Positions 14,893 through 28,500 of a stretch of DNA of 64,000 nt are shown piece after piece. Origin of the DNA: the human T2T-CHM13v2.0 reference genome, Homo sapiens; assembly GCF_009914755.1 (NCBI RefSeq), contig NC_060930.1; one strand, given 5' to 3'. Within the stretch, counting starts at the first letter, position 1; the number at the start of each line of letters is the position of its first letter. The translations under genes and the position numbers were made by a program. The notes under the pieces are model-generated. The model searched no databases, was not told the DNA's origin, and worked only from the letters and a program-made list of their open reading frames with translations.

Positions 14893-15537
14893 CAACAGGT
14901 TGTAAAAATCAAAAATACCTGTGCCCTACCCCCTCAAATTTATACCAGACATTTTCACTAGATTAAAGAAAGACATTATTTGATATCGCTAATATAGTGA
15001 TCTTCCCCTTAGCCACCTCTCATAAATCATCTAAACTCTTAGATACCTAGCTGAATGCAAGATGTAGAGAAAAATGGGTTGTAACATGAAAACTTGTGTA
15101 ACAGTGAAGAATTTCTTAATTCACATAAGAATGAGGAATGTCTTAATTCATAATTTGATATTTTTCTGAAATTGTTCTTTTTAGTAACATAACCATCTAT
15201 TTTTATTAGAAGAAATATTTTACAATTAGTACATTTTGGTTTGCTCATCTAATGTGCTTTGCCACCATTTAAAGAAAAAAATGGTAAAGTCAAAATGTGT
15301 TAACATATGAGGTAAAACTTGCCAAAATTAAGTTCTCAAGATAGATTGAGCACTCTGGTGATTTGAAAGAAGCAGAAAACATAGTGTCCAGAAAACTAAA
15401 CTTGTGAGCTCTGGAACTCAGGAGCCAATACGAAATACTACTCTAATGTATACTCCTTTTTTAAATCTTTCTTGAAAATATCCTGGCTTGATCAGTTTTC
15501 CATGAGCACTTCATATTCTGTGTCCTACCTAACCCAC

Positions 15538-15820
15538 TGCCATGGTCTGAATGTATGTGACTCTCCAAATTCATATGTTGAAACCTAATATCCAATATGA
15601 TAGTATTAAGAGATGGGCCCTTTAGGAAATGATGAGGTCATGAGGACTCGTTTCTCATGAATGCAATTAATGCCCCTATAAAAGAGGCCCATGGGATTTT
15701 GTTCATTCCTTCAGCCATGTGAAGATGTATAGAAGGCACCATATATGAGAAAGGGCTCTCACCAGACACCAAATCCGTTGGCACCTTGATCTCTTCAATT
15801 TCCTATTTTCCAGAACTGTG
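15538..15820 (+). mobile_element. MLT1A-type LTR, 3'-truncated
   Basis: tgccatggtctgaatgt..ccaaattcatatgttgaaacctaa..ccctataaaagagg..ctctcaccagacacc..ggcaccttgatc..tccagaactgtg. Confidence 0.8.
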
Positions 15821-16105
15821 TGCACAGTTCTTTCCTCATCACTGAAGGGATGGCAAAGAAGTGTAGGAGTTACCAACATGGAAAATGGGTATTCTGACCA
15901 GTTAGTTATCATGCCATTTTAAATACAGCCATTAAAAATTCAGATGAATAAACTTAAAAGGGTTAATTTTATGAAAATTCTGAAGAGATTCTCTAAATAC
16001 CGCTCCCTAGTCATTTAAAATGTTTGGATTTTAAATTTAAATAGCCTTGCCCATTTGTGCTTTCCCACTTTGTAAAATCATTTAGTATTTGTTGAGTACA
16101 CCCTC

Positions 16106-17733
16106 TGATATGGTTTGGCAGTGTTCCCACTCAAATCTCATCTTGAATTGTAGTTCCCATAATCCACACATGTTGTGGGAGGGACCCGGTGGGAGGTAAT
16201 TACATCATGGGGACAGTTACCCCAATGCTATTCTCATGATAGTGAGTGAGTTCTCACATGATCTGATGGTTTTATAAGAGGCTTTTCCCCATTTGCTTGA
16301 CACTCATTCTCTCTGCTGCCACCCTGTGAAGAGGTACCTTCCACCATAATTATAAGTTTCCTGAAGCTTCTCTAGACATGTGGAACTGTGAGTCAATTAA
16401 GCCTCTTTTCTTTATAAATTACACATTCTCAGATATTTCCTTATAGCAGCATGAGAACAGACTAATAATACAGTAAATTGGTACTGGGATGCAGTGCTGC
16501 TATAAGGATATGGAAAATGTGGAAGCAAGTTTGGAACTGGGTAACAGACAGATTAGAACAGCTTGAAGGGCTTAAAAGAAGACAGGAAGATGTGAGAAAG
16601 TGTGGAACTTCCTAGATACTGGAAGGTTCAGAAGACAGGAAGATGTGGGAAAGTTTGGAACTTCCTAGAGACTTGTTGAATGGCTTTGACCAAAATGCTG
16701 ATAGTGATATGGACAATGAAGTTCAGACTGAGGTGGTCTCAGATGGACATGAGGAACTTGTTGGGAACTGGAGCAAAGGTGATCTTCCTTTGCTTTAACA
16801 AAGAGACTGGTGGCATTTTGCCACTGCCCTACAGATCTGTGGAACTTTGAATTTGAGAGAGATGATTGAGGGTATCTGGTGGAAGAAATTTCTAAGAGGC
16901 AAAGCATTCAAGAGGAAGCAGAGCATAAAAGTTTAGAAAATTTGCAGCCTGCTGAGGTGACAGAAACTAAAAACCCATTTTCTTGGGAGAAATTCAAGCC
17001 ACAGACTGCAGAAGTTTGCATAAGTAACCAGGATCTGAATGTTAATCACCAAGACAATGGGGAAAATGCCTCCAGGGCATGTCAAGAGACCTGCATGGCA
17101 CCCTGGAGGTCTAGAAGGGAAAAATGGCTTCATGGGCTGGGCCCAATGCCCCCTGCTCTGTACAGTCATGGGAGTTGGTGCCTTGCATGATAGCTGTGGC
17201 TAAAAGGGGCCAACGTACAACTCAGGCACCTTTACAGCTGTCATTCAGGGCACCAAGTCCCATGACTGTACAGAGGGTGCAAGCCCCAAGTCTTGGTGGC
17301 TTACACATGGTATTGGGCCTGCAGGTGCACAGAAGTCAAGAATTTAGGTTTGGGAACCTCCACCTAGATTTCAGAGGGTGTATGGAAACTCTGGATGTGC
17401 AGACAGAACTTTGCTGCAGGGGCAGAGCCCTCATGGAGAACCTCTGCTAGGGTAGTGCAGCAGTGAAATGTGGGGTTGGAGCCCCCACAAAGATTTTCCA
17501 CTAGGGCACTGCCCCCTCTTGTGGAGCTGTGAGAAGAGGGCTACCGTGCTCTAGACCCCAGAATGGCGGATCCTATGACAGTTTGCACTGTGTGCCTGGA
17601 AAAGCCACAGATACTTAATGCCAGCTGTGGAGGCAGCCATGAAGGGGGATATACCCTGCAAAGCCACAGGGATGCAGCTGCTCAAGGCCATGGTAGCCCA
17701 CCTCTTGTATCAGTGTGGGAACAGACTAATACA
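16106..17733 (+). mobile_element. THE1C/D provirus: 5' LTR 16106-16472, internal region, and only the last ~20 bp of the 3' LTR
   Basis: THE1 LTR start tgatatggtttggc and THE1-int with MaLR ORF remnants (MEEISKRQSIQ). Ends gaacagactaataca. TSD ccctc (16101-16105) / tcctc (17734-17738). Confidence 0.9.
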
Positions 17734-17784
17734 TCCTCTGTGCCAGGCCCACTTCTAGAGACTGGAAATGCAAATCTAAACAAA

Positions 17785-20700
17785 TGATGTATCACACTAT
17801 TGATTTGCATATGTTGAACCATGCCTGCATCCCTGCGATACATACCACTTGGTCACAATAAATGACCTTTTTAAAGTATTATTAAATTCTATTTGCTAGT
17901 ATTTTGTTTCAACTGATGTTGAAAAAGCATTTTCCATAGTACTGGAAATCCCAGTAACAGCAATCAGATGGAAGAAATAAAGGGTATCCAAATTGAAAAG
18001 AAATATGTCAAATTAGACTTGTGATGTTTTGGCTCTGTGTCCCCACCCAAACAGCATGTTGAATTGTAATTTCCATGTTGGGGCAGGAACATGGTGGGAG
18101 GTGATTGGATCATGGGGGCAGATTTCTCCATTGCTGTTTCATGATAGTGAGGGAGTTCTCATGAGATCTTGTTGTTTAAAAGTGTGTAGCCTTTACCCTT
18201 CTTTCTCTTTCCTGCTCCACCACGGTAAGACCTGCTTGCTTCCCCTTCACTTCCATCCATGACTGTAAGTTTCCTGAGACCTCCTAACCATGATTCCTGT
18301 ACAGCCTGTGGAACTGTGATTCAATTTAACCTCTTTTCTTTATAAATTACCCAGTCTCAGGTGGTTCGTTAGAGTAGTAAGAGAATGGACTAATACAGAA
18401 AATTGGTACCTAAGAAGTGGGGCATTGCTATAAAGATACCTAAAAATGTGGAATTGACATTGGAACTGGGTAATGGGCAGATGTTGGAACAGTTTGGAGG
18501 GCTAAGAAAAAGATAGCAAGATGAGGGAAAGTTTGTAACTTCCTAGGAACTTGTTAAATTGTTGTGATTAAAATGCTGATAGTGATGTGGACAATGAAGT
18601 CCAAGCTGAGGTGGTCTCAAATGGAGATAAGGAACTTATTCGCAACTGGAGTAAAGGTCACTCTTGCTATGCTTTAGCAAAGAGACCGGTGGCATTGTGA
18701 CCCTGCTCTAGAGACCTGTGAAACTTTGAACTTGAGAGAGATGATTTAGAGTGTCTGGCAGAAGAAACATCTAAGCAGCATTGTTCAAGATGTGGCCTGG
18801 CTGCTTATAAGTGCCTATAATCATTTGCATAAAGAAAGAAATTCCCTGAAGCTAGAATGTATATTTAAAAGGGAAGCAGCACATAAAAGTTAAAAATAAT
18901 TGCGGCTTGACCATGAGGAGGGAGGAATTTTCTGGGGAGGAATTCAGGGATGCAGAAATTTACACAAGTAAAAAGCATCCAAATGTTAATAGCCAATTCA
19001 ATGGGGAAAATGCCTCCAGAGCATTGCAGAGGCCTTCACAGCAGCTCCACCCATCACAGGCCTGCAGGTCCAGGAGGGAAAAATGGTTTTGTGGGCCAGG
19101 CCCAGGGCCCCATTGCTCTGTGCAGCCTTAGGACATAGTTTCCTGTTTCCCAGCCACTCCAGTTCTAGCCATGGCTATAAGGGGCCAGGGTACAATTCAG
19201 GCTCTTGTTTCAGAGGGTGCAAGCCCCAACCCTTGGTGGCTTACATGAGGTGTTTGGTCTATGGGTGCAAAGAAGGCAAGAGTTCAGGTTTGGTAGCTTT
19301 TGCCTAGATTTCATTCAATGTATGAAAATGCCTGGATGTTCAGGAAGAAGCCTGCTGCAGGGTAGAGCCCTCACAGAGAACCTCTGCTTGGGCACAGCAG
19401 ACAAGAAATGTGTGTTTGGAGCCCCCACACAGAGTCCCCAATGGGGCACTGCCTAATGAGAAGAGGGTCACTGCCCTCCAGACCACAGAATAATGGATCC
19501 ACCAACAGCTTGCACCATGCACCTGGCCACAGGCCTCAATGCCAGCCCATGAAAGCAGCCACAGTGTCTGTGCCCTGCAGAGACACAGAGTTGGAGCTGC
19601 CCAAGGCCTTGGGAGCCCACTCCTTGCATCAGCATGGCCTGGATGTGAGACATGAAGCCAAAGGAGACTATTTGAGAACATTAAGATTTAACGACTTCCC
19701 TCCTGGTTTTCAGACTTACATGGGGCCTGTAGCCCCTTTGTTTTAACGAATTTCTCCCTCTTGGAATGGGTCTATTTACCAGTTGTATCTTGGAAGTAAC
19801 TAACTTATTGTTTATTTTACTGGCTCACAGGTAGAAGGGACTTGCCTTGTTTCAGATGACATTTTGGGCTTGGACTTTTGAGTAAATGTTGGAATGAGTT
19901 AAGATATTGAGGGACTGTTGGGAAGGCATGACTGTGTTTTGAAATGTGAGAAGGACTTGATGTTTGGGAGAGTGCAGAGGCAGAATGATATGGTTTGGCT
20001 CTGTGTCACCATTCAAGTATCATGTTAAATTGTAATATCCAGTGCTAGGGGAGTGACCTGGTGGAAGGTGATTGAATCATAGGGACAGATTTCCCCCTTG
20101 CTGTTCCCATGGTGGGGAGTGAATTCTCAAGAGATCTGGTTGTTTAAAACTGTGTAGCACTTCCCCTTTCACTCTCTCTCCTGCTCTGCCATGATAAAAT
20201 GTGCTTGCTTCCCCTTCACCTTCCACCATGATTGTAAGTTTCCTGAGGCCTCCCAGCCATGCTTCCTGGACAGCGTTTGGAACAGTGAGTCAATTAAACC
20301 TCTTTATTTGTAAATTACCGAGTCTCAGGTAGTTCTTTACAGCCATGTGAGAACAGACTAATACACCTTGTTTGCAGATGACATGATCTTATATGAGGAA
20401 AACCCTAAAAACTCCACAAAAAAACTATTAGAACTGATAAATAGATTCAGGACAGTTGCAGGGTACCAAATCACATACAAAAATTAGCAGCAGTTCTATA
20501 TGCTAATAGTGAACAATCTGATAAATAAATTTAAAAAGGATTCCCATTTATAATTGCCATGAATAAAATTAAATACCTAGGAATTAACCAAAGAAGTTAA
20601 AGATCACTACAATAAAAATGATAAAACACTAATGAAAGAAATTGAAGAGGACACCAAAAGATGGAAAGACAGTCCATGTTGATGGATTAGAAGAAACAAT

Positions 20701-22480
20701 ATTGTTAAAATGTTCTTACTACCCAAAGAATTCTACCAATTTAATGCAATCCTTATTAAAATACCAATGACATTCTTCACAAAAATACCAAAAAAAAAAT
20801 CTAAAATGCATAAGGAACTAAGAAAGAGCCCAAAAAGCCACAACTATCCTAAGCAAAAAGAACAAAATGAGAAGAATGACATTACCTGACTTCAAAGTAT
20901 CCTACAGAGCTATAGTAACCAAAACAGCATGGTACTGGCATAAAAACAGACACATAGACCAGTGGAACAGAATAGAAAACCAAGAAACAAATCCATACAC
21001 CTACAGTGAACTCGTTTTGACAAAGTTGCCAGGAGCATATATTGTGGAAAAGACAGTCAGTTCAATAAATATTGCTGGAAAAACTGGATATCTATATGCA
21101 TAAGAATGAAACTAGACCCCTGTCTCTTACCATAAACAAAGATCAAATCAAATAGATTAAAGACTTAAATCTAAGCCTTCAAACTATAAAAATACTACAA
21201 GAAAATATCAGGAAAACTCTCCACGACATTGATTTCAGCAAAGGTTTCTTGAGTAATATCCCACAAGCACAGGCAACCGAAACAAACATAGACAAATGGG
21301 ATCCCATCAAGTTAAAAAGCTTCTGCACAGCAAAGGAAATAATCAACAAAGTGAAGAAACAACACACAGAATGGAATATATCTGCAAATAACCCATCTGA
21401 CAAGAGATTATTAGCCAGAATATAAGTAGCTCAAACAATTCTATAAGAAAAAATCTAATAATTCAATTAAAAATGGGCAAAGTATAAGAATAGACATTTC
21501 TCAAAAGAAGACATACAAATGGCAAACATGAATATTAAAAGGTGCTCAACATCATTGATCATTGGAGAAATTCAGATCAATACTACAATTAGATATCGTC
21601 TCACCCCACTTAAAATGATATATCCAAAAGACAGGCAATACCAAATTCTAGCAAGGATGTAGAGAAAAGGGAACCCTTTTACACTTTTGATGGGAATGTA
21701 AATTAGTACAACTACTATGGAGAACAGTTTGGAGGTTCCTCAAAAAAACTAAAAATAGAGCTGGCATATGATTGAGCAACTCCAGCGCTGGGTATATACC
21801 CCAAAGAAAGGAAATCAGTATATCAAAGACATATCTGCACTTCTATATCTGTTGCAGCACTGTTCACAGTAGCCAAAATTTGGAAGCAACCTAAATGTTC
21901 ATCAAACAGATGAATGGATAGAGAAAACGTGATGCTTATACATAATACAGTACAATTCAGCCATAAAAAAAGAATGAGATTCTGTCATCTGCAACAACAT
22001 GAATGAAACTGGAGGTCATTATGTTAATGGAAATAAGCCAGGCACAGAAAGACAAACATCACATATTCTCACTTATTTGTGAGATGTAAAAATCAAAACA
22101 GTTGAACTCATGGACATAGAGAGCAGAGGATGCTTATCAGAGGCTAGGGAGGGTAGTGGGATAGTTGCTATGGGGTGGGGATAGTTAATGGGTACAAAAA
22201 AAATAGTAAGAAAGAATGAGTAAGACCTAGTGTTTAACAGCACAACAGGGTGACTATTGTCAATAATCATTTAATTGTACACTTAAAAAGAATTAAAATA
22301 ATTGGATTGTTTTTAACATGAAGGTTAAATACTTGAGGGGATGCATACTTCATTTGACATGATGTGATTATTACACATTGCATGCCTGTATTAAACCTCT
22401 CATGTACCCCATAAATATATACACCAAGTGTCCATAAATTTAAAATATGTTTAAAAACTTTGTTACTACTCTAAAAAAGT
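17785..22480 (+). mobile_element. L1MA2-like element with a short 5' inversion (about 17785-17908 on minus), interrupted by MSTA
   Basis: Inverted ORF2 piece, then the sense strand resumes near the IDAEKAF equivalent. RT motif tttgcagatgacatg (FADDM) at about 20371. The 3'UTR is L1MA2-like. Possible TSD taaacaaa. Confidence 0.85.
18022..20365 (+). mobile_element. Complete MSTA provirus (LTRs 18022-18397 and 19986-20365)
   Basis: Two MSTA LTRs ending gactaataca flank MST-int. TSD acttg (18017-18021) / ccttg (20366-20370). Confidence 0.92.
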
Positions 22481-22888
22481 AAACAAAACAAAAGTAAAAA
22501 ATTTCTTGCTTCATGAAATTCACAACCTGAGGAGTGTTTGTGTATAATAAATAAATAAAAAATATGTTGTCAATTAGTGCAAAATGGTATACCAAATAAA
22601 GCAGTGCAATGTAATAGAATCCTTCACTAATTCCTCATTACTTTAGAAAGGAGTGGGGCAGTCAGGGAAGGACTTTAAGGTGATGACATTTGAGAAGAGA
22701 CTTGAAGGGAGTGGATCGTAAGAAAATATGGTGGAAAATCATTTCAGGCAGAATGAAGGCAGTTGCATAGTTCTTGAAGCAAGAACATGTTTGGAAACTG
22801 TAAGAAGAGCAAGAAGGTCAAAGTGTCATGAACACAGTGATGGTGGGGAAAGCAGTTAGAGACATTTGAGTCAAATCATGTAGGATTT

Positions 22889-23234
<346 letters not shown>

Positions 23235-24689
23235 TCAAGGGGGATTGGAAGCCATTTGAGGGTTTTGGAGGGAAGAATGATGTGAGCTAATCTACATTCA
23301 CAATTAATTTGGCTGTTCTGTGGAAAATAGACCGTAGGGGTCCAGAGCTGAAGCAGGAAGATGAGTTAGAGGGGTATTATATTAGTCCTATTGAACAATA
23401 GTGGTGGCATTTATTTTTCTATATAGTCATTTGTGTTTTTTACTGTACATTGTTTAAAGGCAGACCTTGATTTATTCACTTTTATTGTCAATATGCAGGA
23501 AATGCCTTGCACAATAAACAAATCTCAGTTCGATAAACACTTATAGAGGGAAGGGGGGAGTAAATGGATAATGAGTTTTAATATTCTTGAATCTAGTAAA
23601 AAGAAACTCACATGGGAAAGCATATCTCTTCCCAAACAATATAGTTTTTAAAATTTTTTTAAAAAGAAGCCTTCATTATGTTTTCTGGTGAAGGCACCCA
23701 CGTGTTTTTCTATTTAAAAACTGAAAATGTTGGAATCTACTCATGTACCAGCACTAAATGAATGTGCAACCATGGAGGAGACTTCTGCAAAAAGTGACCA
23801 ATTGTTTTTAAAGTTTATAGGAAACAGGAAAGGAAGAGTGGCTCATATTTATGAGAAGTAGGCAATGTCTTTAAAGAGGATAGAAGTAATTATCCCTGCA
23901 TTCTCTCTCCCTTCCTTCTTTCTTAGCGGGTGGCACTGTGTTCTCTTGGGCTTACAGAAACTCAAGGTCATAGAGCAGATGGTTTATTATTGGGGTAGAG
24001 TAAAACAAAATAAATCTTTCATCTAAAATCAGTTTTATTTGGAAATAAAATTTTCACTTTCACAGATAAAGTTGGCACAAAAATGAGAACATGTTGAATT
24101 TGAATCAATTGCTCTGATTCCTTATGTTTTCTGTTAAGTGATAATCTAATGCTCTTCTGCTGTCATTGACAAAATAACAATAAATAATAAACTTTAATCC
24201 TAAATACAAGTATTAATTATATAAGAAACACCTGCAACAAGATTGTATTTGGAACTTCAATTAACCCCAATTCAGTCAGGCCCTACTACAATAAATTTAA
24301 CATTTAAATGATGAATTTCATTCACAAATCAATGCTTTAGGTAGGAAAAATGGTCATGTCAATATGTCATTCATTTGATTATACTGTAAAATGACAGAAC
24401 AGTTGAACCATGCACCTTGCCTATAAAGATAGTAAAGATTTTCTGATGAGCAATTCCGGATGGCTGCAATGTCTTTCAGAAGTTGGGGTGAAAAATATCC
24501 AATTGGGGGCTGGGCTTACAGTGAACACTCAGAGTTGTCTGAATGTGTGACGGACATTAGGGAAACTTCTGCTTGGACTATCGTTACCTCTTGTCATCCC
24601 ATATCAGTTTGATTTTTACAGAGCCTGTGGCATCTGTCTTAATCTTAAGATATTCATTGGCAAGTGTCAATTTAATTTTCAAGTTGTTC

Positions 24690-25485
24690 AGATAAAAAAA
24701 AATGGGCTGCTCCTTGATTTCTATTTATTTCACATACTGCATATCCAATTTATCAATACATCCTGTCAGCTTCATTTGAAAAGATATATCCGAAGTCTTC
24801 CTGCTTCTTACCCACTATTGCCTTCATTATCTTGCTCCTGAATTACTGCAAATACTTCCTGTCTTCCTGCTTCTACCCTAAAGGCCACTCCACAGCCACA
24901 GGGATATCTTATATTAAAACATTAAGTCCAACTATACCTCTCCTCTCCTCAAATTCCCACAATGGTTTTTCATGAAAATGAAGACAAAGTCAACAGAATG
25001 TAAGCCTTATGTAATCTATGTCCTCTCTCTCCAATTATCTTTCTGACTTCATCTCCTATGATTTTCCCTTTTATTCACTCTGCACCAGGCATACTGGCCT
25101 TTTTGCTGTCTCTAGCACAGATATACTCTTGCCTCAGGGCCTTTGCACTAGCTGTTTATTCTTTTTGGAGTGCTTGTCTCCAGGCATTTACACAGCTCAC
25201 TTATTATTTATTTCAGGATTTTATTGCAATGCAATGCAACTCTCTTCTTAGTGAAGCCACCCTCTCTAAAATTACAATACCATACCACACAAATCTATTT
25301 CCTTTCCCTGTATTTTTCTTCCTAAAACTTACTCCAACAAAATAGACTGTATATTTTACATACATATCTTTATTGTCTTTTCCCCTAATGATTTTGTCTA
25401 TGTTCACTGCTACATCCCCCCACATCTAGAACAGTCTCTGGCACACACCAAATAATCAATAAGATTCTAATAAATATTTGTTAAT
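24690..25485 (+). mobile_element. L2a 3' end
   Basis: tccttgatt..catatccaatt..cctgtcagc..gcctcagggcctttgcactagctgtt..tctagaacagtctctggcac..taaatatttgtt. Confidence 0.8.
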
Positions 25486-25520
25486 CTATTTATCATTCTA
25501 AATTTTCCCTACCTACATAC

Positions 25521-28500
25521 ATTTTATTTTTTTACAATATAAAATTTTATGGATTAAAGACATGCAGGTTTGTTACATGGGTATATTGCATGACACTGAG
25601 GCTTGAGCTCCCAATGATCCCTTCACCCAGGCAGTAAGCATACTACCTAACAGGTGTTTCTGCAGCCCATGTCCCCTTTCATGCCTCCCCCATCTAGTAT
25701 CCACAGCATCTATTGTTCCCATATTTACAATCACGTGTACCTAATGTTTAGTTTCCACTTATAAGTGAGAACATGCAGTATTTGGTTATCTGTTCTTTCA
25801 TTAGTTCACTTAAGGTTATAGCCTCCAGCTCCATCCATGTTGCTGAAAATGACATGATTATATTATTTTTAATGAATTTATAGTGCTCCATGGTATATAT
25901 GTACCACATTTTCTTTAACCAATACACTGTTGATTGGCACCTAGGCAGATACCAGATCTTAGTAATGTGGGTAGTGCAGCAATGAGCTTATAAGTGCATG
26001 TGTCTTTTTGATATAATGAATTATTTTCTTTTGGGTATATACGGTAGTGGGATTGCTGGATTGAATGCTAATTCCATCTTAAGATCTTTGAGAAATCTCC
26101 AAACTGCTTTCCACAGTGGCTGAACTAGTTTACATTTCTACCAACAGAGTATAAGTATTCCTTTCTCCCCACAGCTTTAACAGCATCTGTTAATTTTTGA
26201 CTTTTTAACAATCTCCATTCAGATCTTTATGCGATGGTAATCTCATTATGGTTTCCATTTGTATTTCTCTGATAATTACAGATGTTGTGTTTTTTCATGT
26301 TTGTTGCCACTTGTATGCTCTCTTTTGAGAACTGTCTGTTCATGTCATTCACCCAGTTTTTTAAATTAAATGTTTTGTCTTTTGTTTATTGATTTGTTTA
26401 GGTTCCTTGCATATTTTGGGTATTAGACCCTTGTTAGATGCATAGTTTGCAACTATCTCCTCCATTCTTTAGGCTGTTTATTCTATTGGTAATTTCTTTT
26501 GCTGTGCAGAAGCTCTTTAGCTTAATTAGGTCCTATTTCTCAATTTTCATTTATCTTGAATTGCTTTGGTTTCTTAGTCATAAATTTGCCAAGGCTGATG
26601 TGGAGAAGAGTATTTCCTAGGTTTTCTTCTAGGGTTTTTATGGCTTGAGGTCTTACATCTAAATCTTTAATTTAACTTGAGATAATTATTGTATATGGTG
26701 AAAGGCAGGGGTCTAGTTTTCTTCTCCTGCAAAGGCTAGCCAGTTATCCCAGCACCATTGTTGAATAGGGATTCCTTTCCTTTTTGCTTATTTTTGTCAA
26801 TTTTGTCGAAGATCAGATGGTTGTAGGTGTGTGGGTTCTCTATTCTGTTTCACTGGTTGATATGTCTGTTTTTCTACCAGTATCATGCTGTTTTTGTTAC
26901 TGTGGCCTTATCTAATAAAGTTGGGCTATGTGATGCTTCCATTTTTGTTCTTTTTGCTTAAAATTACTTTGGTTATTCAAGCTATCCTTTCATTCCATAT
27001 GAATTTTAGAATAGATGTTTCTGAGTTTGTGAACAATGATGTTGGTATTTTGATAAAGATAGCATTGAATCTGTATATTGCTTTTGGCAGTATGGCCCTT
27101 TTAACACTATTGATTCTTCCAATTCATGACTATGAACTTTTTTTTTGTTTATTTGTGTTATCTCCGATATCTTTCGGCAGTATTTTATAGTTTTCCTTGT
27201 CTAGATCTTTCTCCTTTTTGCTTAGATGAATTGCTAGGTGATATAGTTTGGCTGTGTCCCCACCCAAATCTCATCTTGAATTTTACTCCCATTATATCCA
27301 CGTGTTGTGGGAAGTACCCAGTGGCAGATAATTTGAATCATGGGGGTGGTTTCCCCCATACTGTTCCCATGATAGTGAATAAGTCTCATGAGATCTGATG
27401 ATTTTATCAGTGGTTTCCACTTTTGCGTCTTCGTCATTTTCTCTTGCTGCCTCCTTTTAAGAAGTGCCTTTTGCCTCCCGTCATGATTCTGAGGCCTCCC
27501 CAGCCATGCAGAACTGTAACTCCAATTAAACCTATTTTTCTTCCCAGTCTCGGGTTTGTCTTTACCAGCAGTATGCAAACAGATTAATAGAGTAAGTTGG
27601 TACCAGGAGTGGGATGTTGCTGAAAACATACCCAAAAATGTGGAAGCAACTGTGGAACTAGGTAACAGGCAGAAGTTGGAACAGTTTGGAGGGCTCAGAA
27701 AAAGTCAGAAAAATGTGGGAAAGTTGGGAACTTCCTAGAGATTTTTGAATGGCTTTGACCAAAAGCCTGATAGCAATATGGACAATAAGGTCCAGACTAA
27801 GTTGGTTTCAGATGGAGATAAGGAACTTGTTGGGAACTGGAAGGAAAGTGACTCTTGTTATGTTTTGGTAAAGAGATTGGTGGCATTCTTCCCCAGCCTA
27901 GAGGTTTTTGGAACTTTGAATCTTGAGAGAGATGATTTAGGGTATCTGGCAGAAGAAATTTCTAAGCAGCAAAACATTCAAGAGGTGACTTGGGTGCTGT
28001 TAAAGGCATTCAGTTTTATAAAGGAAGCAGAGCATAAAAGTTCATAAAATTTGCAGCCTGACAATGTGATAGAAAAGAAAAACCCATTTTCTGAGGAGAA
28101 ATTCAAGCTGACTGCAGAAATTTGCATAAGTAATGAAGAACCGAATGTTAATCCCTATGGCAATGGGGGAAATTTCTCCAGGGCATGTCAGAGGTCTTCA
28201 TGGCAGCCCCTCCCATCACAGGCCTGGAGGCCTAGGAGAATATGGTTTCGTGGGTTGGGCCCAGGGTCCTTGTGCTGTGTGCAGCCTAGGGACTTGGTGC
28301 CCTGCGTCCCAGCTGCTCCAGCTGTGGCTGAAAGGGCCAGTGTAGAGCTAGGGCCATGGTTTCAGAGGCTTCAAGCCCCAAGCCTTGGCAACTTTCATGT
28401 GGTGTTGAGCCTGTGAGTGCACAGAAGTCAAGAATTGGGGTTTGAGAACCTCCACTTAGGTTTCAGAAGATGTATGGAAATACCTGGATGTCCAGACAGA

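Noticed and set aside
16575-16672. About 50-bp tandem duplication in THE1-int
   Set aside because: I recall this duplication as a feature of some THE1C/D internal lineages, so it is probably inherited rather than locus-specific.
22455-22480. Possible short 3' transduction after the L1MA2 tail
   Set aside because: Only about 15 non-A bases, and the TSD is uncertain. It cannot be distinguished from tail decay.
27490-27510. PRDM9 hotspot motif in THE1 LTRs
   Set aside because: The 5' LTR has CCTCCCCAGCCAT and the 3' LTR has CCTCCTCAGCCAT. Neither is the hotspot-associated CCTCCCTNNCCAC form.
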